Part shown: positions 9,256 through 19,825 of the stretch, piece by piece | How the letters are laid out: every line of letters starts with the position of its first letter | How positions within the stretch are numbered: position 1 is the first letter of the stretch | Origin: an uncultured Smithella sp. | GTDB taxonomy: Bacteria; Desulfobacterota; Syntrophia; Syntrophales; Smithellaceae | Direction of reading: 5' to 3' | Length of the DNA stretch: 46,367 nucleotides | Assembly: GCA_964450075.1 (NCBI GenBank) | Contig: CAYVFA010000003.1 | Span: forward strand, 1-46,367 | Made by a program: the position numbers and the translations under genes | Notes under the pieces: model-generated | What the model was told of the DNA's origin: nothing | The model's database searches: none | What the model saw: only the letters and a program-made list of their open reading frames with translations

Positions 9256-11691
9256 GTGAAAAACAGGATTTCGAAAATTAAGGAAATCATCGAGGGGAAA
9301 TTAAAACGGTATTACGGCCGGGCGCTTGAGAATGCGTCAGATGAGGAAATGTTTCAGGCCGTGGCGATGAGTATTCGCGACGTCATCCTGGAGCGGGGCG
9401 TCAAGGCCAACGCCGCCATTGAAAAGAAGGGGCTCAAGAAACTCTGTTATCTGTCAGCTGAGTTTTTGATGGGGCGGGCGCTCGTCAATAATCTGATCAA
9501 TCTCGGCTTGCTTGCCGATTATCGGGCCGTCATGACTGAGATCGGTTATCCCTTTGAAAAGCTCGAAGAGCAGGAAAATGAAGCGGCGCTCGGCAACGGG
9601 GGCCTGGGAAGGCTGGCCGCTTGCTTTCTGGATTCCCTGGCGACGCTGAACCTGCCGGTTTCGGGATACGGCATCCGCTACGAATATGGCATGTTCTGCC
9701 AGCGGATCGTGGACGGGAAGCAGACGGAAGTGCCGGACGACTGGACCGCAAAAGGGGACATCTGGGAAATTGAGCGGCGCGAAGAACAGATTGAAGTGCG
9801 TTTTGAGGGCACGGTTGAAGAAGTCTGGACGGACGATGGCCTGACGGTCGCGCATAAAAACTGTCAGACGGTGGTCGCGGTGCCTTACGACATGCCGGTG
9901 ATTGGTTATGACAGTCATGCGCCGGCTAGACTCCGTCTATGGCGCGCGGAATGTCCCGCCACATTTGATCTTCAGTCTTTTAACAAGGGTGACTTTGTCT
10001 GCATGCTTAAGCAGAAAGAGCTTGCCGAATCGATATCCAAAGTGCTGTATCCCCGGGACAACCATATTACCGGGCGAATGCTGCGCCTCAGACAGTATTA
10101 TTTTCTGGCTTCCGCATCCATGCAGTCCATGGTGCGCGATCATAAAAAGCTACATGGCGACGTGCGCACGCTACCCGAAAAAGTCGTGATCCAGATCAAC
10201 GATATGCATCCAGCGCTGGCGATTCCCGAACTGATGCGCATCCTGATCGACGAAGAAAGCCTCGGTTGGGACGACGCCTACGGTATCGTGAGCCGCATGT
10301 TCAACTACACCAACCACACGGTCATGCAGGAGGCCCTGGCGGCCTGGCCCGAGCAGTTATTCAAGTCGATGCTGCCGCGTGTTTACGCAATTATTTTCGA
10401 AATCAACGAACGCTTCAAGCAAAAACTCTGTAAAGCATTTCCGGAAGACCGGGACAAAATATCTCATATGTCCATTATCGCTTACGATGAGATTCGCATG
10501 GCCAATATGTGTGTCGCGGTTTGTCGTATCGTCAACGGCGTTTCGCAGCTGCACGGCAAAATCCTGAAAACCCGAACCTTCCGCGATTTCTATGTGATGT
10601 TCCCCGGGAAGTTTACGGCCATTACCAACGGCATTACGCCCAGGCGTTGGCTTGCCGCGGCCAATCCGGCCCTGTGCGCGCTGATTGCCGATCATATCGG
10701 CGATAAATTCATCCGTGACTATCATGAACTGGAACGGTTGAAGCCGCTGGCGGAGGATCAGCGGTTTCTGGCCGATTTTGCGGCCGTCAAACAGCAAAAC
10801 AAGCGACGCCTGGCCGAACATGTTTATAAAACGCAGGGGATTATACTCGACGCCGACTCGGTCTTTGATGTGCAGGCAAAGCGGTTGCATGAGTATAAAC
10901 GGCAGCTTTTAAAAGTGTTGCACATTTTATATCTGTACAATCGTTTTACCGGAAGCGAGACGTATTCATTACCCCGGCCTGTGACGTTTTTGTTTGCCGC
11001 AAAAGCGTCGCCCGCGTATCGAAGAGCCAAGAGCATTATTCGTCTCATAAACGCAGTGGCTGACCTTGTGCAGTCGCATCCGCGAACACGGGACAACATC
11101 CGGGTTGCTTTTCTGGAAAACTACAACGTCTCGCTGGCCGAACTGCTGATTCCCGCGGCGGATATCAGCGAACAAATATCAACGGCGGGTTGCGAGGCCT
11201 CCGGAACAGGCAACATGAAATTCATGCTCAACGGCGCCGTGACGCTGGGAACGATGGACGGCGCAAACATAGAGATCTTTGACGCAGTGGGAGAAGAAAA
11301 TATCTTTATTTTCGGCGCTCGTGCGGAGGAGATTGCCTGCATGGAGACGGAAAATCTTTATCAGCCGATAAATTATTTCGACCGGAATGCGGATATTCGC
11401 GACGCCGTTTCACGCCTTGTGGATGGAACGCTGCCCGGGGTTGCCAAAGACCGGTTTGGGGAAATACACCAGTCGCTGTTGTTTGGCGACTATGACCGCG
11501 CGGACAAATACTTTCTCCTCTATGATTTTGACGCTTATCGCGCCGTGTTTGAAAACATAATGGCCGCTTACACCGATAAGCCTGCCTGGACGAGAAAGGC
11601 CGCGATCAACACAGCCAGCGCCGGATACTTCAGTGTTGACCGGACGATAGAAGATTACAATCGAACAATCTGGGGTCTGGATTCGATCTGA
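9256..11691 (+). CDS. glgP: Glycogen/maltodextrin phosphorylase (GT35)
   Basis: YLS.EFLMGR, LGNGGLGRLAACFLDS, INDMHPALAIPELMR, TNHTV..EALE-like, and the EASGTGNMKF pyridoxal-phosphate lysine block. 811 aa is a typical length. Confidence 0.93.
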   Translation: MKNRISKIKEIIEGKLKRYYGRALENASDEEMFQAVAMSIRDVILERGVKANAAIEKKGLKKLCYLSAEFLMGRALVNNLINLGLLADYRAVMTEIGYPFEKLEEQENEAALGNGGLGRLAACFLDSLATLNLPVSGYGIRYEYGMFCQRIVDGKQTEVPDDWTAKGDIWEIERREEQIEVRFEGTVEEVWTDDGLTVAHKNCQTVVAVPYDMPVIGYDSHAPARLRLWRAECPATFDLQSFNKGDFVCMLKQKELAESISKVLYPRDNHITGRMLRLRQYYFLASASMQSMVRDHKKLHGDVRTLPEKVVIQINDMHPALAIPELMRILIDEESLGWDDAYGIVSRMFNYTNHTVMQEALAAWPEQLFKSMLPRVYAIIFEINERFKQKLCKAFPEDRDKISHMSIIAYDEIRMANMCVAVCRIVNGVSQLHGKILKTRTFRDFYVMFPGKFTAITNGITPRRWLAAANPALCALIADHIGDKFIRDYHELERLKPLAEDQRFLADFAAVKQQNKRRLAEHVYKTQGIILDADSVFDVQAKRLHEYKRQLLKVLHILYLYNRFTGSETYSLPRPVTFLFAAKASPAYRRAKSIIRLINAVADLVQSHPRTRDNIRVAFLENYNVSLAELLIPAADISEQISTAGCEASGTGNMKFMLNGAVTLGTMDGANIEIFDAVGEENIFIFGARAEEIACMETENLYQPINYFDRNADIRDAVSRLVDGTLPGVAKDRFGEIHQSLLFGDYDRADKYFLLYDFDAYRAVFENIMAAYTDKPAWTRKAAINTASAGYFSVDRTIEDYNRTIWGLDSI

Positions 11692-11705
11692 AATCTCAAA
11701 GGTTT

Positions 11706-13712
11706 GTGGGGGCGATGCTGATGAATTACAGAAATGAAATGCTGCACGATTCGTCGCTGTTTTTGTTCCGCGATCCAGTGGGAGCTTTACCTGCCGGTAC
11801 CTCTGTTACCCTCCGCATCCGGGCGCGTTTGGAGAAGGTGGACAGTTTGTATCTGTGCCTGTTTGGCGAGGGATTTCGCGAGGACCATCTCATGCAGCCG
11901 TCAGGCGAATATTGGCAGATTGAGATCACCGCGCCCTTAGTTCCCGATGTGTACTGGTATTATTTTACGATCAATCTTGGCGGTACGCTTTACTATTACG
12001 GCGCCGGGGGAACACGCACCGGCGGCGTCGGTTGCGTCTATACCGACCCACCCCCTGCGTATCAACTGACGGTTTACGATGCCGGTTTTACGGCGCCTGA
12101 ATGGTTTCAGAAAAGCGTCATGTATCAAATATTCCCCGATCGTTTCCAACGCAGCGATGATCAAACGGCGGAAAAAGGCATGGCCTATCACCGCTCCAAA
12201 GGGCGCCGCGTCTATTATCACGAAAAGTGGGACGAAAAGCCGCTTTTCACCCCGCTGCAAGGCGATGCGGCCTATGAACCGTGCGACTACTTCGGCGGCA
12301 CGCTCAAGGGCATCGAGGCGTCTCTCGAATATCTGCAAAGCCTTGGTGTGAACGTGGTGTATTTGAATCCGATCTTTGAGGCGGCATCCAACCATCGTTA
12401 CAACACCGCCGACTACTTCCGCATCGATCCGGTGCTGGGTACAAAGGAGGATTTTGAATCATTGTGCCGCAAGGCGGACAGCCTGAATATCCGTATTATT
12501 CTGGACGGCGTGTTTTCGCACACCGGCTCCGACAGCATTTATTTTAACCGGGAGGGCGCTTATGAAAGCCCCGGCGCCGCAAACAGTCCGGCTTCTCCTT
12601 ATTACCCCTGGTACAAGTTTGAACGCTATCCCGACCAATACCAATGCTGGTGGGGATTCAAGTCGCTGCCGGAGATCAATGAGGAAGAACCGGGCTGGCA
12701 GCATTTTGCAATCACAGGCGAGGACAGCGTCATCCGGCACTGGCTCCGGGCAGGCGCGAAAGGGTACCGGCTCGATGTGGCCGACGAACTGCCGGACGAT
12801 GTGCTGGCGATGATCTATGCGGCGGCAAAACAGACACAACCCGAAGCGGTGGTGATGGGCGAGGTCTGGGAAGACGCGACAACGAAATACAGTTACGGCG
12901 TCAAGCGACGTTACGCGCTGGGGGGCATCCTTGACTCCGTGACGAATTACCCGCTGCGTGCGGCCGTGATCGGTTTTTTGAAGGGCATGTCCGACGCCTG
13001 CGACCTGAAATATTTTTTAGTGGATCAAGCGTCGAATTATCCACGCCCCATGTACTATGCGCTGACCAATCTGCTTTCGTCCCACGATGTAGAGCGCGTG
13101 CGCACCGCCTTGAGCGCGCGCATCGATCCACATGAAATGTCCCGGGAAAAGCAGGCTTCGTTTATCATCAGCGACAGCCAGAATAAAAAAGGCGCCAGAC
13201 GTCAGCGCCTGGCCGCAATTCTGCAATATAGCCTTCCCGGCGTACCTTGTGTTTATTACGGCGATGAAAGGGGCATGAACGGTTTTCTCGATCCCTTTAA
13301 CAGAGGGACTTTTACGGAAGTGCCGTATGATTTAACAGAGCATTACCGGCAATTGGCGCGGTTGCGGAAATCGGCCGACGCGCTCATGACGGGTCATGTG
13401 GTGTTCTTTGCTCCCGATGCCGATTGTCTCGGCGTCCTGCGCTACGTGGTCGGAGGCCATGATGGTCTGGGCAGGCCCGCGGCGGATGGCGTTTATTTTG
13501 TGGTGGTCAATCGATCGGAGAAGCGACGGCTTGTCGTGTTCGATTTTATGAGCAAAAATTCACTTTTTAACGAAGCCCATCAAAAGGCTCTGCGCCCGGT
13601 GTTCAACGGTGCGGTCACCTGTCAACTGAGTCTGAAACCATACGAACTGAGCGAAGCCCTGTTGGAAATGACGCTGGAGGGTTTGAGCGCTGTTTGGCTT
13701 AAAATTGGTTGA
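11706..13712 (+). CDS. GH13 alpha-glycosidase of the neopullulanase/cyclomaltodextrinase type
   Basis: YQIFPDRF, GG.L.GI...L.YL..LGVN..YLNPIF, ILDGVFSHTG, GYRLDVADE, GEVWED, LLSSHDVER and PCVYYGDE. An N-terminal E-set-like domain is present. The start is ambiguous (GTG 11706, ATG 11715 or ATG 11721). Confidence 0.85.
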   Translation: MGAMLMNYRNEMLHDSSLFLFRDPVGALPAGTSVTLRIRARLEKVDSLYLCLFGEGFREDHLMQPSGEYWQIEITAPLVPDVYWYYFTINLGGTLYYYGAGGTRTGGVGCVYTDPPPAYQLTVYDAGFTAPEWFQKSVMYQIFPDRFQRSDDQTAEKGMAYHRSKGRRVYYHEKWDEKPLFTPLQGDAAYEPCDYFGGTLKGIEASLEYLQSLGVNVVYLNPIFEAASNHRYNTADYFRIDPVLGTKEDFESLCRKADSLNIRIILDGVFSHTGSDSIYFNREGAYESPGAANSPASPYYPWYKFERYPDQYQCWWGFKSLPEINEEEPGWQHFAITGEDSVIRHWLRAGAKGYRLDVADELPDDVLAMIYAAAKQTQPEAVVMGEVWEDATTKYSYGVKRRYALGGILDSVTNYPLRAAVIGFLKGMSDACDLKYFLVDQASNYPRPMYYALTNLLSSHDVERVRTALSARIDPHEMSREKQASFIISDSQNKKGARRQRLAAILQYSLPGVPCVYYGDERGMNGFLDPFNRGTFTEVPYDLTEHYRQLARLRKSADALMTGHVVFFAPDADCLGVLRYVVGGHDGLGRPAADGVYFVVVNRSEKRRLVVFDFMSKNSLFNEAHQKALRPVFNGAVTCQLSLKPYELSEALLEMTLEGLSAVWLKIG

Positions 13713-13770
13713 CAAAACCGCAAAGCGCGCAGAATCGTAAAACAGAGCATAACCATAACGGGAGATCATC

Positions 13771-15465
13771 ATGACATACCAAGAAACCTATTTACGCTGG
13801 CGGGAATCGGTCCAGGAAGAATATCTGTTGTCCGAGCTTGCATCCATTCAAGGGGACGATACTCAGATTAAAGAACGTTTTATCAACGATCTGCACTTTG
13901 GGACGGCGGGGCTTCGCGGCATCCTTGGCGCAGGCACGGCCCGGATGAATCGCTACGTTGTGGGGCGTGCGACGCAGGGGCTGTCGGACTATCTGACCGC
14001 AGACGGCAAGGCTGCAAAGTGTATGGTCATCGCGTATGATTCCCGGCAGTATTCCCGCGAATTTGCCGTCGAGACGGCATGTGTCGTTGCGGGCAACGGC
14101 ATTAAAGCCTGCCTGTTTGAACAACTGACGAGCGTGCCCGAATTGTCCTTTGCCGTGCGGCATTTAAAAGCTGACGGCGGCATCGTTATCACGGCCAGCC
14201 ACAATCCCCGGCAATATAATGGGTACAAAGTCTATGCCGCTTACGGCGGGCAACTGGGCCCGGAGGCCAGCCGCGCGGTCATGGCCTGCATGCAAAAGCT
14301 GGATCCCTTTACGGACGTAAAAAGAATTGGTTACGCGGAGGGCGTCGCGCAAGGCTTGATCCTTGAAATCGGCACAGAAATCGACCAGCTTTATTATGAG
14401 AAAATGACAGCCCTTTGCGGAACCGAGAGAGCCGAAGACCTGAAGGTTGTTTACACACCGTTGCACGGTACGGGGCTGCGCACGGTCGAGTATGTATTCC
14501 CCGCCGCCGGAATCAGGAATCTTTCGGTCGTCGAAGAACAGAAAGCACCGGACGGACGCTTTCCGACAGTTGATTCTCCCAATCCAGAAGATCCGGGAGC
14601 GATGAAGATGGCGATCGAACTGGCTGGAAGGCAGGGTGCCGATCTGGCGATTGGCACGGACCCGGACGCCGACCGCATGGGCGCGGCCGTGCGCAGACCG
14701 GATGGTACATACGCGATGATGACTGGCAATCAGATCGGATGCCTGTTAATCCATTATCTGCTGGAAAAGCGCCGATCAGAAGGCATCCTCCGGCCGTCCG
14801 ATTACGTTGTCAAGTCTTTCGTTTCCACCGACATGGCCGACGCCATTGCCGGGCATGCCGGTATCACTTGTTATACCGTGATGACGGGGTTTCGTTTTAT
14901 TTCCGAACTCATTACAAAATATGAGCAAAAGGATGCTGATTTTATTTTTGGCTTTGAAGAAAGCTACGGTTTTCTGGCGGGCTCATTTGCCCGCGACAAA
15001 GACGGCGTGCTGGCGGCGCTGCTTTTATGCAAGGCGGCGCAATACTACAGGACCCGGGGGCAGAGTCTGCTTGAAGTATTGGAAACACTGTATGAGCGGC
15101 ACGGTTATTACCTGGAGGGTGTGAAGAATTTGTCGTTCACCGGTCTTGACGGGATGGATAAAATGAAAGCGATCATGACCCGGCTGCGTGAAAAACCGGT
15201 TGCCGTCATCGGTGATCTGGCCGTGAAATACACAGAGGACTATCTTTCGCGAATTCGCACCGATTCCGACGGCCTTCCTTCGGATATAGAACTGCCTGCC
15301 TCTGACGCTATCAAGCTGATCCTGGAGCGGTCAGCGTGGATTTGCATCCGTCCGTCAGGAACCGAACCAAAGATCAAAATATATTACGCGGTGCGTGAAG
15401 CCACCCGGGAATCGGCGGAAAGATTGCTCAAGAGTGTTGCCGCCGCCTTTGAAAAGATGATCTGA
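13771..15465 (+). CDS. Phospho-sugar mutase (alpha-phosphoglucomutase/phosphomannomutase family)
   Basis: FGTAGLRG, the catalytic-serine loop ITASHNP..YNG.KVY, the metal loop GTDPDADR, GFEESYG and IRPSGTEPKIK. Its position inside the glycogen locus supports a Glc-1-P/Glc-6-P role. Confidence 0.88.
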   Translation: MTYQETYLRWRESVQEEYLLSELASIQGDDTQIKERFINDLHFGTAGLRGILGAGTARMNRYVVGRATQGLSDYLTADGKAAKCMVIAYDSRQYSREFAVETACVVAGNGIKACLFEQLTSVPELSFAVRHLKADGGIVITASHNPRQYNGYKVYAAYGGQLGPEASRAVMACMQKLDPFTDVKRIGYAEGVAQGLILEIGTEIDQLYYEKMTALCGTERAEDLKVVYTPLHGTGLRTVEYVFPAAGIRNLSVVEEQKAPDGRFPTVDSPNPEDPGAMKMAIELAGRQGADLAIGTDPDADRMGAAVRRPDGTYAMMTGNQIGCLLIHYLLEKRRSEGILRPSDYVVKSFVSTDMADAIAGHAGITCYTVMTGFRFISELITKYEQKDADFIFGFEESYGFLAGSFARDKDGVLAALLLCKAAQYYRTRGQSLLEVLETLYERHGYYLEGVKNLSFTGLDGMDKMKAIMTRLREKPVAVIGDLAVKYTEDYLSRIRTDSDGLPSDIELPASDAIKLILERSAWICIRPSGTEPKIKIYYAVREATRESAERLLKSVAAAFEKMI

Positions 15466-15507
15466 TGCCTCAGTGTTTGTCCTTTACGGGAAACGGGCGA
15501 AATGATT

Positions 15508-16827
15508 TTATGAAAGGGGCGTCCCATCCAGCATAATGCTTTGCCCCATCATCTCCGGCGTTACCAGAACGACCCCTTGATCACTCACATGGAAACGCGC
15601 GGCGTCTTCAGCAGGGTTTTCACCAATGACTGTATGGTCGGGAATTCGGGTTCCTTTGTCGATAACAGCGCGAGCAATGCGGCAGTTCTTCCCGATATAA
15701 ACGTCGGGCAGCACAACGCTATCCTTCACGATACTGCAGGTTTCAATACGGGTTCCATAAAAAATAACCGAGCGTTTGACACGCGCTCCGGCAATGATGC
15801 TGCCGCCGCTGACCAGTGAATTGATGGCTTCACCGCGCCGGCCTTCATCGTCAAAGACAAACTTCGCCGGTGGAAGCTGTACCTGGTAAGTCCAGATCGG
15901 CCAGTTTTTGTCATAGAGGTTGAGTTCCGGTTTAATGGAACACAATTCCATGTTTGCTTTCCAGTAGGCATCAATGGTGCCGACGTCACGCCAGTAGGCT
16001 ATCTCACCCTTATCGTCGCGATAAGGATAAGCCATTGCGACGCTGTTGTGAATGATCTGGGGAATGATGCTTTTGCCGAAATCGTGGGCGGAGGCTTCAT
16101 CTTTAGCATCGGCAATCAGCGTATCGTACAGGAAACTGGTTGAGAAGACATAAATACCCATGGAAGCGAGGGCTGTATCCGGCATGCCGGGCATGGGTTC
16201 GGGATCCGCCGGTTTCTCGGTAAAGCGTGAGATGCGCATATTTTGATCGACCGACATGACGCCGAAATCACATGCTTCCATGCGGGGCACCTCGATGCAG
16301 GCCACCGTCATATCCGCCTTGGAGTTGACATGCTTCATCAGCATCTTCGAGTAATCCATGGTATAGATGTGATCGCCCCCAAGCACCAGCACATATTGCG
16401 GAGCATGGCGGTGAATGATGTCGATGTTCTGGTACAATGCATCGGCCGTCCCGCGATACCATTCTTTGCTCATGCGCTGCTGGGCCGGAATAATATCGAC
16501 AAACTCACCGATCTCGGCTCGCATAAAATTCCAGGCGTGCTGAAGGTGGCGAATCAGAGAATGAGACTTGTACTGCGTCAAAACACCGATACGACGCAGG
16601 CCGGAGTTAACGCAGTTCGACAGTGTGAAATCGATCATCCGGTATTTGCCGCCGAAGGGGACCGCCGGCTTGGCGCGCCATTTGGTCAGCTCTCCCAAAC
16701 GGGAACCCTCACCGCCTGCCAGAATCAGCACCAGCGTCTGGCGCGTCACCTCGGTTGCAATTTTGGTTTCAACGTAATTATAATGAACCAGAAGATCAGG
16801 GTTTGTTTTATTGCTGCTCGTCATCAT
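15508..16827 (-). CDS. glgC: Glucose-1-phosphate adenylyltransferase (ADP-glucose pyrophosphorylase)
   Basis: [55 protein letters not shown], and a C-terminal left-handed beta-helix region. Confidence 0.93.
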   Translation of the reverse strand: MMTSSNKTNPDLLVHYNYVETKIATEVTRQTLVLILAGGEGSRLGELTKWRAKPAVPFGGKYRMIDFTLSNCVNSGLRRIGVLTQYKSHSLIRHLQHAWNFMRAEIGEFVDIIPAQQRMSKEWYRGTADALYQNIDIIHRHAPQYVLVLGGDHIYTMDYSKMLMKHVNSKADMTVACIEVPRMEACDFGVMSVDQNMRISRFTEKPADPEPMPGMPDTALASMGIYVFSTSFLYDTLIADAKDEASAHDFGKSIIPQIIHNSVAMAYPYRDDKGEIAYWRDVGTIDAYWKANMELCSIKPELNLYDKNWPIWTYQVQLPPAKFVFDDEGRRGEAINSLVSGGSIIAGARVKRSVIFYGTRIETCSIVKDSVVLPDVYIGKNCRIARAVIDKGTRIPDHTVIGENPAEDAARFHVSDQGVVLVTPEMMGQSIMLDGTPLS

Positions 16828-16894
16828 TCTTCACCACCGGGCAAGATTTGTTATGAATATGATTTTTACTGAATTCAGTAAAATGAGCAAAAAC

Positions 16895-17119
16895 CTATAA
16901 TTGATACTTTTCCTTGACTTCTTTTTCAGCTTGGAACCAATCGGAGATGTCATCGCCGGCAACGCCTGATTTTATCCTTCCCTGATAAAGTTCGTAAGCC
17001 CTTTTTTCAACTTCTTCCAAAAAAACTTTCAAGTCAGGTTTTTTTGTTTTTTTTGCGGCCGGTGCAACTTTTTTTGCGATGCTTTTTCGTGTGGATTCCT
17101 TTTTTACGGGCATAATCAT
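16895..17119 (-). CDS. Small basic protein with a Lys/Ala-rich N-terminal tail and a DUF2934-like C-terminal helix
   Basis: AYELYQGR....GDDISDWFQAEKE resembles the DUF2934 signature (AYELW..RG...G.D..DW..AE.E). It is preceded by KKESTRKSIAKKVAPAAKKTKKPDLK. Confidence 0.55.
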   Translation of the reverse strand: MIMPVKKESTRKSIAKKVAPAAKKTKKPDLKVFLEEVEKRAYELYQGRIKSGVAGDDISDWFQAEKEVKEKYQL

Positions 17120-17228
17120 CTCCCTCGTTATTTAATATTTGTAAATGTGGTTTATCAATAACATTTTTATAAGCAAGCCGTCAATGCGTTTTACTTCTTG
17201 TCATTTCGTTCCGTCCTGTTATAGATCT

Positions 17229-17549
17229 ATGGTTATGAACAAGGAGAAATTTCAATCAGACGAAAATGTCGCCGAAAAGGAGAGGCTGGAGATTAAGGAG
17301 CCTTCACTTTATCGGGTCATCATTCTAAACGATGATTATACCACCATGGAATTTGTCATCCAGGTGTTGGAGACTGTTTTCCACAAATCGCCTGCCGAGG
17401 CCACCCAGATCATGCTGAGCGTGCATAAAAAGGGATCAGGCCTTTGCGGCATTTATACGCGTGAGATTGCCGAAACAAAAGTGGCATTGGTTCATGAAAT
17501 GGCGGCCGATAATCAATTCCCGCTGAAATGTATGATGGAGAAAGAATGA
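17229..17549 (+). CDS. clpS: ATP-dependent Clp protease adaptor ClpS
   Basis: The core [18 protein letters not shown]...F.KS..EA..IML.VH..G....G.Y..EIAETK is the ClpS signature. The start is trimmed from the track ORF (17145) to ATG 17229 or 17235. The stop overlaps the clpA start (ATGA). Confidence 0.88.
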   Translation: MVMNKEKFQSDENVAEKERLEIKEPSLYRVIILNDDYTTMEFVIQVLETVFHKSPAEATQIMLSVHKKGSGLCGIYTREIAETKVALVHEMAADNQFPLKCMMEKE

Positions 17550-19825
17550 TTAATAAAGAGTTGAGTCTGGCGTTGGATGCGATTATCAAAGATGCCAAAA
17601 ACCGCCGGCATGAGTATCTGACGGCCGAGCATATCCTTTATGCGCTCATCCATGACGAGCTGGGGGGCGATATTATAACGGGCTGTGGCGGCAATGTCGG
17701 CAGTATAAAGGAAAGAATCGAGGCATTCTTTACCAAGAACATTACGGTGCTGCCTCCCGGCAAAAGATCCAATCCGGTACCTTCCATTGGATTCCATAGG
17801 GTTATTCAGCGGGCCTTAATCCATGTTCAGTCCGCTGAAAAGTCAGAGGTGGAGGCAGGCGACCTGCTGGCGGCGCTTTTTGAAGAACCCGATTCCTTTG
17901 CTGTACATTTCCTTGAACAGGAAGGCATCTCACGTCTTGATGTGCTCAATTATATATCCCACGGCGACGCAGGTTTTGACGGGGACGACCAAAGCGGAGC
18001 GCCGCTTGCAGACCCGGTGCGCAACGCAGACGAAGGCCAGACAGAACCGCAGCGGCCTGTTGCCAAAGATCCTTTAAAACTTTATACCGTTAACCTGATT
18101 GAAAAAGCTGCCGCGGGTGAGATTGACCCGCTGGTCGGTCGCAAAGATGAGCTGACACGCACCATCCAAGTGCTGTGCCGGCGGCGGAAAAACAATATTG
18201 TGTTTGTCGGCGAACCGGGCGTCGGCAAGACCGCACTCGTTGAGGGTCTTGCGCTGAATATCCACCAAGGCGTAGTTCCTGATCCGATTAAAGACACGAT
18301 CATTTACTCGCTCGACATGGGAGCGCTGCTTGCCGGCACAAAATACCGGGGCGATTTCGAGGCGCGCCTGAAGGCCACGATCAAGGAACTCGAAAAGATT
18401 CCCGGCTGCATCCTTTTCATCGATGAGATTCATACAATTGTCGGAGCAGGAGCGACAAGCGGCGGTTCGATGGATGCGTCGAATATATTGAAGCCCGCGC
18501 TGAATTCCGGAAAATTGCGCTGCATCGGCGCCAGTACATATGAAGAATTTAAAAATCATTTTGACAAAGACCGCGCCCTTTCGAGGCGCTTCCAGAAGAT
18601 CGAAATATTTGAACCCAGCATAGAAGAAACGATTGATATATTAAAAGGTTTGCGTTCCTATTACGAGGATTTCCACGGCGTCGGTTATACAGACGCTGCG
18701 ATCAAGGCTGCGGCCGTTCTCTCTGCAAAATATATCAACGATAAATTCATGCCGGACAAGGCCATTGACGTGATCGACGAGGCAGGTGCGACAAGAAAGC
18801 TGCAACCCTCCGGCGGGAGCAAACCGGTCGTCGGCGTAAAGGAAATCGAACGCATCATCGCCCATATCGCCAAGATTCCTTCCATCAGCGTATCCGCGTC
18901 CGACACGGAAAAATTGAAGGATCTTGAACCGGAACTCAAAGCTTCGGTCTTTGGGCAAGACCTCGCCATTCATTCGCTTGTATCGGCCATTAAGCGATCG
19001 CGCGCAGGACTTGGCGCTCCCGAGAAGCCGATTGGCTCCTTTCTTTTTACGGGGCCTACGGGTGTTGGTAAGACCGAAGTCGCAAAGCAGATGGCATGCG
19101 TGCTCGGGGTGCAATTCACCCGTTTCGACATGAGTGAATATATGGAAAAGCATGCAGTGGCAAGGCTGATCGGGGCGCCTCCGGGCTATGTCGGTTTTGA
19201 CCAGGGCGGCATGCTGACCGATGCGATAAGAAAGCACCCATACTCTGTGCTGCTGCTCGATGAGATCGAAAAAGCACACCCGGATATCTTCAGCATCTTG
19301 CTGCAAGTGATGGATTACGCCACACTGACGGACAACAACGGGAAAAAAGCTGACTTCCGGAATGTCATTCTCATCATGACCTCCAATGCGGGGGCAAAGG
19401 AGATGGACATGGGGACCATCGGATTTGGAGACAGAAAAGACGACGCCAGATCGAAGGGCGGCGATGCGATCAAAAAACTTTTTAATCCGGAATTCAGAAA
19501 CCGTCTGGACGCGATCATCACCTTCAACCCGCTCACCTCCGAAGTCATGAAAATGGTCGTCGACAAGTTTATCCATGACTTGACAAGACAACTGGGCGGC
19601 AAAAAAGTAAAAATGGACTTAACCAGTGCTGCCAGAGACTGGCTGGCCGAAAAGGGGTACGATGACAAATTCGGCGCAAGGCCTCTGGCCAGACTTATTC
19701 AGGCCGAGATCAAGGATGCGCTCGCAGAAGAGCTGCTCTTCGGCAGATTGAAAAAGGGCGGCAGCGTAAAGATTGACCTCCATCAAGGACGGCTCGAATT
19801 CGAGTATCGTCAGTCCTCACTATGA
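17546..19825 (+). CDS. clpA: ATP-dependent Clp protease ATP-binding subunit ClpA
   Basis: Clp N-domain, two AAA+ modules (Walker [10 protein letters not shown] and GPTGVGKTE; Walker B ILFIDEIH and [11 protein letters not shown]), no ClpB middle coiled-coil, about 760 aa. Confidence 0.93.
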   Translation: MINKELSLALDAIIKDAKNRRHEYLTAEHILYALIHDELGGDIITGCGGNVGSIKERIEAFFTKNITVLPPGKRSNPVPSIGFHRVIQRALIHVQSAEKSEVEAGDLLAALFEEPDSFAVHFLEQEGISRLDVLNYISHGDAGFDGDDQSGAPLADPVRNADEGQTEPQRPVAKDPLKLYTVNLIEKAAAGEIDPLVGRKDELTRTIQVLCRRRKNNIVFVGEPGVGKTALVEGLALNIHQGVVPDPIKDTIIYSLDMGALLAGTKYRGDFEARLKATIKELEKIPGCILFIDEIHTIVGAGATSGGSMDASNILKPALNSGKLRCIGASTYEEFKNHFDKDRALSRRFQKIEIFEPSIEETIDILKGLRSYYEDFHGVGYTDAAIKAAAVLSAKYINDKFMPDKAIDVIDEAGATRKLQPSGGSKPVVGVKEIERIIAHIAKIPSISVSASDTEKLKDLEPELKASVFGQDLAIHSLVSAIKRSRAGLGAPEKPIGSFLFTGPTGVGKTEVAKQMACVLGVQFTRFDMSEYMEKHAVARLIGAPPGYVGFDQGGMLTDAIRKHPYSVLLLDEIEKAHPDIFSILLQVMDYATLTDNNGKKADFRNVILIMTSNAGAKEMDMGTIGFGDRKDDARSKGGDAIKKLFNPEFRNRLDAIITFNPLTSEVMKMVVDKFIHDLTRQLGGKKVKMDLTSAARDWLAEKGYDDKFGARPLARLIQAEIKDALAEELLFGRLKKGGSVKIDLHQGRLEFEYRQSSL

